From NCBI GenBank assembly GCA_964016885.1, contig OZ024753.1:46686001-46750000 (forward strand): a stretch of 64,000 nt of DNA. The letters run 5' to 3'. Source of the DNA: Eledone cirrhosa. Lineage: Eukaryota. The notes under the pieces were generated by a model that saw nothing but the letters and a program-made list of their open reading frames with translations, was not told the DNA's origin and did no database searches. Within the stretch, counting starts at the first letter, position 1, and every line of letters begins with the position of its first letter. Positions 40,449-51,817 of the stretch are shown here, in pieces. The position numbers were made by a program, and so were the translations under genes.

Positions 40449-40528
40449 GTTGTGCGTTTGTCAAGTTCTCTACTCATGCTGAGGCACAGGCAGCAATTAA
40501 TGCTCTCCATGGTAGTCAAACAATGCCA
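40449..40528 (+). CDS. CELF: Next coding exon of the same CELF/Bruno-like gene, second part of RRM2
   Basis: ccttgcAG acceptor and CCA|GTAAGT donor at 40529. 80 nt, phase 1/0, in frame with the previous exon. Translates (G)[26 protein letters not shown], completing RNP1 KGCAFVKF. Confidence 0.95.
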
Positions 40529-41631
40529 GTAAGTAGCAAATGATAGAATCATCTGCCGAAAACTAATTTCCTTTTTCTTTTGTTCTATATATTTATTGGA
40601 TTATTATTATCATTATTAGTAATATTATTATTAATAATAACATTAATAATATTGTTATTTTTGGGGATGGTCATGTTGCCAAAATTTCCAATAAAAACAC
40701 ACGCACTATTTGATTTTTCACTTCAGCTTTATTATTATCTATTCGTTAGTTCATCAAAATATTTTCATCACACATTCTGTGACCTCCTCAATGACTATTT
40801 CTTTTCCTCTGTGCCTCCACTTCTTTCTTATTTTGTTTACTCCATCTTGTCTTTCTGTGTTATTTTTTCTCGTCTGTGCATGCATTTGTATCTGTACCTG
40901 TGTGTGTGTCTATGTGTTTGGCATGTGTATGTGCGTCTTGTCTGCGTGTATGGGTTTGTATGTTCCTCTGTTTGTGGGTTCCTATGTTTTTTTTATGTTT
41001 TTATGTGTCCTATTCTATTGTCAGTCATTAGGTTGTGGGGTAGGGGTCTTACTATTCCATTCATGTTTTCCTTTAAGGTTCAGTCTTCTCTATTATATGG
41101 ATGGCCTCAGTAATTTGTCTGAGCATTGGGCTGATTCTATGTGTGGATAGAATTTTTACTTTAATGTTATCTAATGAGCCACCATGTTCTAGTTTCGTTT
41201 GTTGGTATAGCACAGATGAGCTTTTCTTCTATTTGAATTCTCACCAGTGTTCCTTCATCCTCTCTCCTATACTACAAACTGTCTCGCCTATATATGTTGT
41301 TGACATGTTTCTACACCAACCTCTGTAGACCTTATCCTATAGATTACATTCCTAGTTTTGCAGTTAACCTTTGGGCTTACCTTATATACTATACAGTTAC
41401 TATCAGTACAGGGGATTTTCTTAAAATGGTATGTCCTCCTGATTAAACTACCTGTGTTAGCTATAAAACCCTGGTTGGAAACTAAGACTGACAAAGCCCA
41501 TATCCTCCATTCCCATTATGCTAAACCCATGGCCTCCAAATACCTTGGAGCTAGTAATTTCATATAGTGTTAAGTTCAATATCTAAGTCCGCTTTCGCTA
41601 AGAAAAATGTGTCCCTCATGTGCAATCCAAC

Positions 41632-41891
41632 ATGCAGTTCTCTGGATACAACCAAAGAGACAAGATCAGGATAAATTAAAAACCATTATGAAGAATGATG
41701 TGAATGGGATTTTCCTGTTATACAAGAGCAAATCATGGAATAGTATAGAAAGAACTAAGATAGAGGAGGTGTGACAACCAAAAATGTCAGTCATGTTCGT
41801 CAATGCTACCCCAAAAGGTGAACTAGCACATCGATTTAGGAGAGCTCGAGATAGACTGGACCTTAGGATTAAAGTGGTAGAAAAGACAGGT
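41632..41891 (+). mobile_element. Penelope-like element fragment (post-RT thumb/linker region), disrupted
   Basis: Pieces MQFSGYNQRDKIRI, NDVNGIFLLYKSKSWNSIER and SVMFVNATPKGELAHRFRRARDRLDLRIKVVEKTG resemble the region between RT and GIY-YIG in PLEs. Confidence 0.6.
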
Positions 41892-42489
41892 TAAGAGGAA
41901 GAGGAAGAAGCAGGATGTGGTCTGTGATGACCCATCCAACCCTTGCTAGCAGAAAAAAACAGATGTTAACTGATGATGATGAGAGGGGTGTGATAATGAT
42001 GATGAGAGGGGTTGTGATGCTGATGATGAGAGTGGTTGTATTGGTGATGATGATGATGATAAAAATATTGATGATGTCACCAGATGGAAACCACATTCCA
42101 GTTTTTTGCATTGTATTGTTTGCCAATATATTTCCATTCTTCATTGCTGTTGCCAAAATAACATTTACAGTCTAAAATTTCCTGAAATTCATTTAAACAA
42201 TTTTCCATTAGGTAAACATGAGTGAGTATGTACACCTGATAAGCTAAGTCTATGATATATATATATATAGCACAAGTAGAAATAGCTACTGTACATACTC
42301 GAATATAAGCCAACCCTCTATTCTGTCTGAGAAATGGGCAAAAAGTGCAACCCTGTGTATAAGTTGAGGCAGTTAATCAAAACATTATGTTTAGATGGTG
42401 TAGTTTTGAAATTCTCATGACTGGAGAATATATTTACGAAGTTTTAATATTTTGAACAATCAATGAGTTCTTCCCTAACTAGTATAAGT

Positions 42490-42746
42490 GTCTGGATTAT
42501 GCATGAATGGAACAGTCAAAGGAGCTACTTTGCTCCATGCAGCCCTAATCTATTGTTTGTTTGTGGCTTTTGCATGTTGGTGATTAAAGCCTCTTTGATA
42601 CTAGAGGCAACAGAAAGGAGTGAGGGAAATTTAAATATCAAAGAGGCTCTAATCAGCAACACGCAAAAGCCTCAAATAAACAATAGATTAGAGTTACATG
42701 AAGAAGAGTGGCTCCTATGACTGCTCCATGCATGTGTAATTCAGAC
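42490..42746. repeat. Imperfect long inverted repeat (111-bp arms, 35-bp spacer); old MITE or fold-back
   Basis: 42490-42600 aligns without gaps to the reverse complement of 42636-42746 at roughly 80-85% identity by eye. Confidence 0.85.
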
Positions 42747-43724
42747 TGTGCTTAAAAAGACCTGTTCAACCCATGCAAGCATGGAAAAATGGATGTAAAA
42801 AGGATGATAATAGTGACGTCACATATACATATACCCCATACTGTGTTGTTATACCTGTTTATGTGAATGTCTGTGTGTGTCTGTGAATGTGTGTGTATGC
42901 CTGTGAATGTCTGTATGTGTGAAGTTGTATAAAATTTGATGGGGAGGGAGTTCATAGTAAGTAATGGCTTAGACAAAAGCCAAAGTTAATCTAGCCATAG
43001 TTACAATAAGGTCTGTTAATCACTTGTTAATCACTCATTAATCTCCCACATAATAATTATAATTAAACTAATCCAACAACATTTTAATGAGATTTTTCAG
43101 TGTTTTTTTTTGTTTTGTTTTTGTTGCTTTTCACATTCCCCTTCCCCACCTCATCATTTATTTCATAAAATTGGACAGCTTAATGATTTTGGGGTGGTTT
43201 GTTTTAATTCTTTTCTCCGTGTGTTTGTGTGTAGGTCTGTTTGTGTATGGGGGTGGTGCACATGTGTGTGTCTCAGTGTCAATGTGTGCACATGCATGTG
43301 TGAGTGTTTGCACATATGTGTGTGTCTGTATCTGCCTGTGTACACATTTGTATATGTACATTTGTCTGTATACACATGTGTATGTGTATCTGTTTGTGAC
43401 ACATCTGTGTGTATCTGTCTGTGTACACATCTGTGTGTATCTGTCTGTGTTTGTGTGTGTTTATGTATACATGTGTACATGTATCTATCTGTGTACACGT
43501 GTGTGTGTGTGTGTGTGTTTTAGAATTAAATTGTATCAAATACAAGGGAACAAAGCATAACAATAATGATTGCTTTTAACATAGGTACAAGACCAGAGAT
43601 TTCAATGTTTTGGGGATAGACAAAAATACTGACACCAGTGTTTCACTGGTACTTTGTTTTATTGACACCTATAAGATGAAAGGTAAATGATAATGATAAT
43701 AATTAATAATAATAATAATAATTG

Positions 43725-43960
43725 ATGTAAGCATACCATCAGATCGTAATATCTCCTCGAAAGGGTTCTGATAATTAAGATCTGATAATTAAAATTGAGA
43801 AAATGGGGCATCTTAAAACCTGTACAATACCAGTGATAGTCGGTGCACTTGAAATGATAGAAAAGGGAACTGAAAAATATTTGACCAGATACCTAAAAAA
43901 CCATCTGTGCAAGAGATACAGAAAATAGTGCTGACTGGCACTGCCCTTGTCCTGTCAATT
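43725..43960 (+). mobile_element. R4/Dong-like LINE fragment
   Basis: IDVSIPSDRNISSK..TIPVIVGAL..IQKIVLTGTALVL directly after (AAT)n. Confidence 0.7.
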
Positions 43961-46139
43961 TAATTACCTTGCAAAAACATTTACTGTTATTTGTGACCTT
44001 CTGGCATCATCTATATGACAAGTGATTGTAAAATGTGTGTATTAAGCAAATTTTGCCTCAGGTGTATGGTTGACTCTCAGCAAGATATGGAAGAGAAGCA
44101 GAATTCAAAGGAAGTTTCAAATAATAATAATAGTAATTCATTTTATTTGCCACAAGGGCACTGAATGAAGAAGATATTACCAAGACAAATTACATAAAGT
44201 ATGGTTAGTTTACATAAAAATCAGATTACAAAAATTATAATTAAAGTATATACAGTATACATGATGGTAAACAGTCCCCTTTTTACAGGAGAACCCCCAA
44301 TAGGGATGATTGAGGGGCACCACAAACTCACAATCACCCTGATCACCACGGGCAAATGTTCTCTTCCAATTTTCCTTCTGTGACCTACAAGCCCATGTTG
44401 AGATTAGAACCATTCAATCTTGCTATTTTCGCCACAGTCACCTACCTTTTATAAAATGGAGGAGAGAAAGCCCTTCTCTACTCACATGTTTTATTTTAAA
44501 TGGAACTTGACATATTCAATAAAAGTGTCAGTCCCAGTTCTTTGAACCTTCTCCACCACATGACCTCTTTTGCTCTAGCCCTCACACAAAGAAAAACTGC
44601 CAACCCTTCCCAGTTATGGGAAGCCAGTGGGATGCTCTTCACAATGAACTCAGCCAATAGCCAAATCTGTCCTACTTGTAACAGCAATCATTTGACATAG
44701 CTCCATAGGTCAGTAATGCCTGGACATTGAACAGAGCTCCACAGGTCAGTAATGCCTGGACATGTGATATTATATAATAAAGGAATGCTTGATAAGAGAA
44801 ATCAACTCATTCTTAATTGTAGTCATAAGATACTGAAAATGTTTAGCAAACTTAAAAAAGCAATAATGTAGATACTAATACCTATATGAGAGAGGAATGG
44901 TATATGCTTTGGGATTTACTTCTTCTCCATATCGGAATGTCGATATGATGCGTAAACATAGATTATGTGTAAAAAAATTGTAATTATAGGAAAGCTGTAA
45001 CAACCATAGTCTAAATAGGATTGTGATCCCTGATATAAGTAAACAATAACATGTATTACCAAGTGGAAACAGAAACCAGGGAATAGTTGGGATGCATGGT
45101 TGTACAATGATATTGATAATCTTTACATTCCTAAATCAATGTCTGCTATCTCTCCTGCCCATAAAATATCCCTTTTGTTTTGTTAGTCAGAATATATAGG
45201 TAATGTTGATTTAATCATTTTATATCTCTCATTTATTATTTTAATTAATATTAATCCAGCTAATTTTATTAGTATAATTGTTGCAACTTAAACGGCCAGT
45301 GAAATATTATTTGCATTATATATATTTTTAATCATTATTTTTATATTATTAGAAATACGTGTTTTATTATGGTCTGAGTTCCTAAGCACATAACATATTG
45401 TATCACATGAAACCACATAGCAAGACATTCTTGAAAATTACAAAATAGAACTATGACTGTATTACATTAAAAATTAAAATCTTTATTTTAATACTACAAA
45501 TTTTCACAATGATCTGCCCATCAGTAAAGATAATATAAACATCTCAATGAACGAACTTTTAAAATATTTTCTGCTAAGTCATTAATATTATGAGTTAATC
45601 TGTAAACATTTTATAGTTATATTAAATAGTCCCTTTTTATTATACACTTCTGAGGGGATTTATTGCTCTTAGGTTGCCTTATTCATCATCTTGGTGCCTT
45701 AGTTTATGTTCCTTTTATTCCCTTCTGATGAGGGACAAAGGGGGAAGCTATAAGTATTTCACCACAACAAAAACAATGAAAAGATACATTTATGCCACAA
45801 AAATGTTTGACCAACCAATGAAATGAATCTTAAACGATATTGTTGCACCAAGGGAATAATGTGGTATGGCCTGCAGAAGGGACTGAGTTTACTTACATCT
45901 TTTCTGTGTTCTCAGTTCAAATCCTGTTTATAGTTAACTCTGCTATTTATTCATTTGAGGTCAATAAAAATACCAACCAGTAATATGCTGGAGAATCAGT
46001 TAAACACACAATACTTCCTCCTTCTTCTACTTGCATCTGAGAAATGTCAACATCACCATTATTGTCATCATCATCATCATTATCATTAATATTATCATTA
46101 GTATTATTATTATCATTGTTGTTATTATTATTATTATTC

Positions 46140-46870
46140 CATTAAGTCTTTGAATGTCTTGTTTTCATCACATACCACTGGGTCCACACCATAGTCCTGA
46201 TGTTATACAAGGTATATATGTTGAGGACAGCACCTTCCTCTGTACTATGTGCTCTTTTTAGCAGGTTTGTTTTTTGAAGTTCTTATAAGGTGATGTTTTC
46301 TGAGATGCTGTATTCTTCCGGTTCCTTTTTTATTAATGCAACTCCTCTAATCCCTACTAGTATGGTTTAGGTGGCCATGACCCACAATCTGGAGATCTCA
46401 GTCTCAAGGTCTTTATATTTAGATGGTTTTTCTGTGAACTTATGTGATATGGTCTACTGTTCTTGCCATATCAATCACAACTTTTATCTTTGTAGCTTTT
46501 AATTATGATGGCTGGCCTGTTTGCTTTGATTTCCATATCTGTATGTACTTGTAAGTCCCATAGGATAGTATCATTATCCTTCTTAACAACTATTTCTGGT
46601 TTTTGGTCATACCATTTTTCCGAGATTTTGATGTTATACTCCCTGCTGATTTTCCATTGTTGGTTTACTGCTGTCTTGTGGTAGATATATTTATTTTGGT
46701 GGCAGCCAGAGATAATGTGGTCAGTAGTTTCTTCAAAGGATCCAAATATCCTACACATTTTGTCCATGCCATGTTTGATGAGGCAATGGTGATATGACCT
46801 GGTGCTAAAACTTTGATGTTCATCAACAATGATAAAACCATTTTGTCTGTTACTGGCTACCATCTGTCTC
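46140..46870 (-). mobile_element. R4/Dong-like (restriction-like endonuclease) non-LTR retrotransposon 3' fragment
   Basis: QSFSTRSY..DKMCR....ETTDHIISGC..KWYDQKPEIVV..ILWDLQVHTDMEIKANRPAII..KYKDLETEISRLW; next to (TTA)n. Confidence 0.85.
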
Positions 46871-47213
46871 TTTAAACCTTTCTCATTATTTTCCATGGAT
46901 AATGTTTTTCTTCGTAGTTTTTCCTTATTTGTTTTTTTTTTTGTTTTATTCTGCAGGCAAAAATGTTGTTGCTTCATTTTCATTCATGTTAATTCAGAGA
47001 AATTGAATTCTTGTGAGAATGTTTGTATTCTTTCATTATTGAATATAAATTCCTCTTGCTTTCCTGATAAATAAATGATTAAAGAAATCATTATTATTAT
47101 TATGGCTCATTTTTGTAAATCTCAGTCACTTAGATGTTAAATGATCTGGATATTTCAGTTAGGGAACAGTCAACAAGTTGACAAAGGTCACTCACTACAT
47201 ATTCTCCTGTGCA

Positions 47214-47720
47214 TTACATAGACAAGACTTTCCTTAAAATCCTTGCTGTACCCAGAAGTGCTGTCTTCTGCATGACCTGTAACCTTGCATCGGTTCCAAT
47301 TTTATTCACACAGTCATCAAAATGTCTGATATATATCCCAATATTCTGATCACCACCGGAATCACTAAAACCTTCTTCACCCCCCCACCCCTCATAACTT
47401 TCCAACCTCCTCCTCCAGTGGCTCCTCCTTTTCCATCTTTTCATGCTCTTCTGAAGGATTCTTGCCATTCCCAGAATGCATTTCTGCAACAGTCTATCCC
47501 AATCATCCAGGTCTCAATCCTTTCTCTTACTCTGCCAAGTCAATCAATAACAATTGCTATGATTATGACTTTCTTCAGGTTCCACTGTTCAGCTATTTCC
47601 TACTTCAATGGGTTGTAGTTGGTCAATTTTTGTTCCTTTGCTCAATTCTTATGTCAAATGGACATGATGGGTCTATGATAAGAATTTTCTTGACATTATC
47701 CTCAACTATAAACGGGAAAA
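47214..47720 (-). mobile_element. R4/Dong-like LINE 3' fragment
   Basis: Reverse strand ends in MQKTALLGTARILRKVLSM*, with an upstream RPG*LG*TVAEMHSGN segment. Confidence 0.7.
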
Positions 47721-49594
47721 CCTGGGGTGGGTCTGCAGCTTTGAACCTGGAGAGGCAGATCCATGCCATCTAACAACATCGTGGGGCACTAGTTAAATTG
47801 CTCAGGGTCTAGTTTGGTCCAGATATCCATTTGAACATAAACTAGGATGAGGTGATGAGCAGAATGGCTAGTCTCAGGTTGAGAGGAAGTTGTTCCTGAG
47901 AGTGGTGAAAGTCTACATCACTGCCATCATTTATTATTGCCTAATCACTATGGCTTACCGGAGTTCATGTCTCATTAGACTGGGATATCTGCTCTTTCAC
48001 TTTTTGTGAAAGTGATATGTTCCACAGGTCAAACAGTCTACTGTCAACACCTGCTGCACGTGCTATGGTTGATGAGAAGCAGACATGCTGAGGCTCAAAC
48101 ATCTCCAGTGTTTCCTTGATAGTTAATATCTGTTGTCACTGTCAAATGTGTCTTTCTTCAGCTCAGCTTTATAACAGAGTTGCAATAGTGAGACAAGCAA
48201 AGACAGGGCACTTGACAACTGAAATGTTATCAAATGCTCACCTTTGCCAGGTAAGCAATGATGTTAGTGAAAGTTCCACTTTGATAGTCTGTAGACTATT
48301 TGTTTGTTTTTGTTTTCATTATTTCTGTTTTACAAGTTTTCCTGTAAACCCACTCTCTATTGACCTATACCTCCCTTCATCTTGATGTAAACCCTTGTGT
48401 TTGATAAAGAAATTATTATTATTATTATGTCTGTAGGTCAATTGACAAATGGAAGAGGGCATTCGCCCTTGGTGGTTAAGATGATTATATATCCCTGGGG
48501 TTCATCAATTAGCCTTAAGTATCCAGCTTTCTATACCAGGAGGACTCAATACCTTATATAATTGTATACTATGTACAACTAACTTGTATACTTGTTACTA
48601 ATTTTATAATTTTATAATTTCTATGTAAACCTTAATTTGTCTAACTTGTCTTTGTAAAGTCTCCTTCATTTGATGCCTTTGTGGCAAGTAAAAAAAATTA
48701 TAAGGGCAATGGATTTACAGTATCAGTAGAGCATCAAACAAAATGCTTTCTGGCATATAGTTATGGCCCTTTATCTTCTGAATTCCAATTCTGCTGAGGT
48801 CAGTTTTGCCTATCATCCTTATGGGGTCGATAAAATAAAGTACCAGTAATGCACCGGGATTAATATAATCAACATTCCTCTCCCATTCAAATTGCTGGCC
48901 TTGTGCCAAATATAGAAACAATTATTATCACTATTACATGGTCTTGTGCCTATGTAGAAAATTATCTTTATTACTACTACTTCTATTTATTACTATTACT
49001 ACTAATATACATAAACAGGTTTAACATGACATATAAAAGACAGGTACACCAACATTTTTCTGGCAATTAATGGTCCAGCGCCTCTGTATAGTATCTGGAT
49101 GTAATTATGAGTGGACACATGAATTTCCCATAACCCATCAGAGTAGCTAATTCACATTAGAAGGTTTCCACAAGATAATTGAGTTAACGCTTTTGATACC
49201 AAACTGCCTGAAACTGCCCCCGGTTCTATTATACAATATTGTTTGTTTTAAATCATGTTTCAATTTAAACTTTCCATTATCATTTTTTGTAAGAACTTAA
49301 AAATAAGAAAGTTATTTAGATTACTAAATCCCTCCACATTTTTTGATATTTTAAAAATTAATTGAAAAACATTAAAAATATAGTAATCAGTTAAGAGATC
49401 TACTTGTATTATAGCTGAGGGGTACAAAGAGATTTTCTGGCATCATATGTTTCTAGGAAATTATCTAGTCTGGCAAAATGGATAATCTGACATAGAATAA
49501 ACCTGCTGGAAAATTGGTGGTGTACCTGTAGTGTGTTTCATTCAATTCTTCAGATCTTGAGACTCTGCTCGTGTCACTTATTAAATGCCAATTC

Positions 49595-49664
<70 letters not shown>

Positions 49665-49690
49665 GAAGTGGTTACACAACAGTTAGTTCA

Positions 49691-49740
49691 CCATACCGAG
49701 AACAATTGTTTCACCTTAGCGGATCTTCAGCTCGTAATGG
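49691..49740 (-). ncRNA. Minimal type I hammerhead ribozyme (left arm of a fold-back element)
   Basis: Minus strand reads CCATTACGAG-CTGAAGA-TCCGCTAAGGT-GAAAC-AATT-GTT-CTCGGTATGG. Stem I is 4 bp + 2x2 loop + 4 bp, stem III is the palindrome ACAATTGT, and the triplet is GUU. Confidence 0.7.
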
Positions 49741-49770
49741 ACATGGTTATACTGTTCCGTATAACCATGT

Positions 49771-49820
49771 CCATTACGAGCTGAAGATCCGCTAAGGTAA
49801 AACAATTGTTCTTGGTATGG
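49771..49820 (+). ncRNA. Mirror hammerhead copy with core mutation (GAAA to AAAA), probably inactive
   Basis: CCATTACGAG-CTGAAGA-TCCGCTAAGGT-AAAAC-AATT-GTT-CTTGGTATGG; the catalytic G12 is replaced by A. Confidence 0.6.
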
Positions 49821-49992
49821 TGAACTAACTGTTGTGTAACCACTTCTACCTAACTCGTCCCATGGACTGAGTGCTCTACCACTACGGATATTACCTTCCA
49901 GTGTTCTACCACTATATATATATATATACTGAAGTAAAAGTTAAGTGGAAATATCCAAGAGTAAGAGCACTCAGTCCATAGGACGAGTGTAG

Positions 49993-50220
49993 TATAAATA
50001 ATTACAACAGTGACATAAAAAGGTACTCAAGTTTCGTTGGGTTCTGGGCCCTAATTCATTCAGCCTGTCATGAGAAAAATAAAAACGAAGATGGCCGCCA
50101 TAGGCGTCCCCATGGCGGCCATCTTCGTTTTTATTTTTCTCATGACAGGCTGAAGGAATTAGGGCCCAGAACCCAACGAAACTTGAGTACCTGTTTATGT
50201 CACTGTTGTAATTATTTATA
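49993..50220. repeat. Fold-back palindrome, 109-bp arms
   Basis: 49993-50101 is the reverse complement of 50112-50220 with two mismatches seen; loop region AGGCGTCCCC. Confidence 0.95.
50141..50199 (+). ncRNA. Hammerhead-like motif with a variant 8-nt core (mirror copy on - strand at 50014-50072)
   Basis: Stem I CATGACAGG/CCTGTTTATG; core CTGAAGGA (mirror CTGAATGA); stem II TT(A)GGG/CCCAA; GAAAC-TTGA-GT-A giving a GUA triplet. Confidence 0.55.
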
Positions 50221-51008
50221 TATTTATATATATATATATATACACACTCACACACATACACACATTTCCTTCCCTCTCCCCCTTTATTTTATTGATTTTA
50301 TGTATATTTTGCTTTTTTGTTTGTATGGGTATTTCTTTTAATTTTGGAAATGTTTTTCAAATGTATTTATATTTTTTCATTGTTCTATTTATTATTTATA
50401 TATTTATTTATTTGTTTTATTTATTACATTTATTCACTGCCTCCTTCTTTGGAGTGTAAAGAATTTGGAGTAACCATGAATTAAATGATAGAGAAACATG
50501 CAAAGAGAGTGTTGGGGTGAGAGAAAAATGAGAGAGATTAATAGAAGGGAAAGAGTAAAAAGAGGTGGGAAGAAACTAGTATTGATGTAAAATTAAACCA
50601 TAGGTACAAACAGACAGACAACTAGAGAGAGAGAAGGAAGGAGAGAGACAAGAACTTCAACTATATAGAATGGATAAGAAATAGTGAGAGAAAAATATGT
50701 GAAGAAAATTAAGAGAAAGTTTAGTAGTTGAAAGATATAAAATTTTTTGTGGCAGTTGTTTTTTTCTTCCGAGGATTCTAAAATGATTTGAGTTGTGTGT
50801 GTGTGTTTACATATCTGTATACGTTTGTATAAATGAAGTGTAAATACATTCAACTATTCCTCCATACACAGAAAAATATGCACACACATGTTGCATCTAA
50901 GAAACCTTAGATATTAGCATAATGTATTAACTTTAACTCAATAAGTTATCTATACTCTACTTTGCATTCTTTTATTCATCACCATAAATGCATATATATA
51001 TATATATA

Positions 51009-51082
<74 letters not shown>

Positions 51083-51693
51083 GTCTTCCAACAAAATATC
51101 TATATATATCTATATTATTATCTATAGTTCAGAAAAAAATATTTTTCAGAGAAAGAAAAGACTCAATATTTGAGGTCAAGAGTGAATATTAATTTATTTT
51201 GTGATATTTAATTACATTTGTACAAGTGTTTCATCATCATCATCATCGTCGCCGTGATCATCATCATCGTCGTCGCCATCATCATTTTTATTTTACATCT
51301 GCCATCCATGATTGCATGGTATATTTTGAAAAGTTCTGCCTTTTCAACCTTTGAAAATAGCACCTATTCATAGAAACACTTGCAGAAATGTAAAAGAAAC
51401 ATCACACAGTAAATCATATACGTATGTGTGTGAGTATGTGAATGTGTCTCCGTGTGTGTGTTTGCATGTCTTTGTGTGTGTGCGCGCACATGTGTGTGTG
51501 TGCGCATGTGTATTAAAATCCTTCCTGCCAAAAAATAATGCAACAAAAAATACGCCTCATCTATACTCCGACTTCTAATCCTCTGGTCACTCGCCCCCCA
51601 CCACCACCACCATTACCTCCAGGCTGAACGGTGGGGACGTGGGTGACTGGATCAGTGAATTTTTTGTTTTATTTTTCCTTTTATCTGTTCCAG

Positions 51694-51732
51694 GAGATGC
51701 TGAGATTTGAAGTGGCCGAAATAGCCCACCAG
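51694..51732 (+). CDS. Candidate 39-nt cassette exon (EMLRFEVAEIAHQ) of the CELF gene
   Basis: About 30-nt pyrimidine tract + ttccAG, then CAG|GTACAT donor. Length is 13 codons. Only phase 0 is stop-free, which matches the phase of the upstream donor at 40529. No homology support. Confidence 0.45.
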
Positions 51733-51752
51733 GTACATCTTCTAGTACTAGG

Positions 51753-51817
<65 letters not shown>

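Larger units (their letters stand above)
49663..49848. repeat. Fold-back palindrome, 90-bp arms, 6-nt loop
   Basis: 49663-49752 is the reverse complement of 49759-49848 with two mismatches seen; loop TGTTCC. Confidence 0.95.

Noticed and set aside
42288-42365. Possible Tigger/pogo-like transposon end (TACTCGAATATAAGCC)
   Set aside because: No matching second terminus was found.
43220-43520. UG-rich tract as a CELF autoregulatory site
   Set aside because: (TG)n tracts occur throughout the window on both strands, so there is no specific enrichment.
45715-45760. CTGATGA possible hammerhead core
   Set aside because: No GAAA with stems II/III in the right geometry. The same applies to CTGATGA at ~6859 and ~53724.
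49515-49560. Minus-strand CTGAAGA-ATTGAAT-GAAAC
   Set aside because: Stem II is too short and stem I does not pair, so it cannot be supported as a ribozyme.
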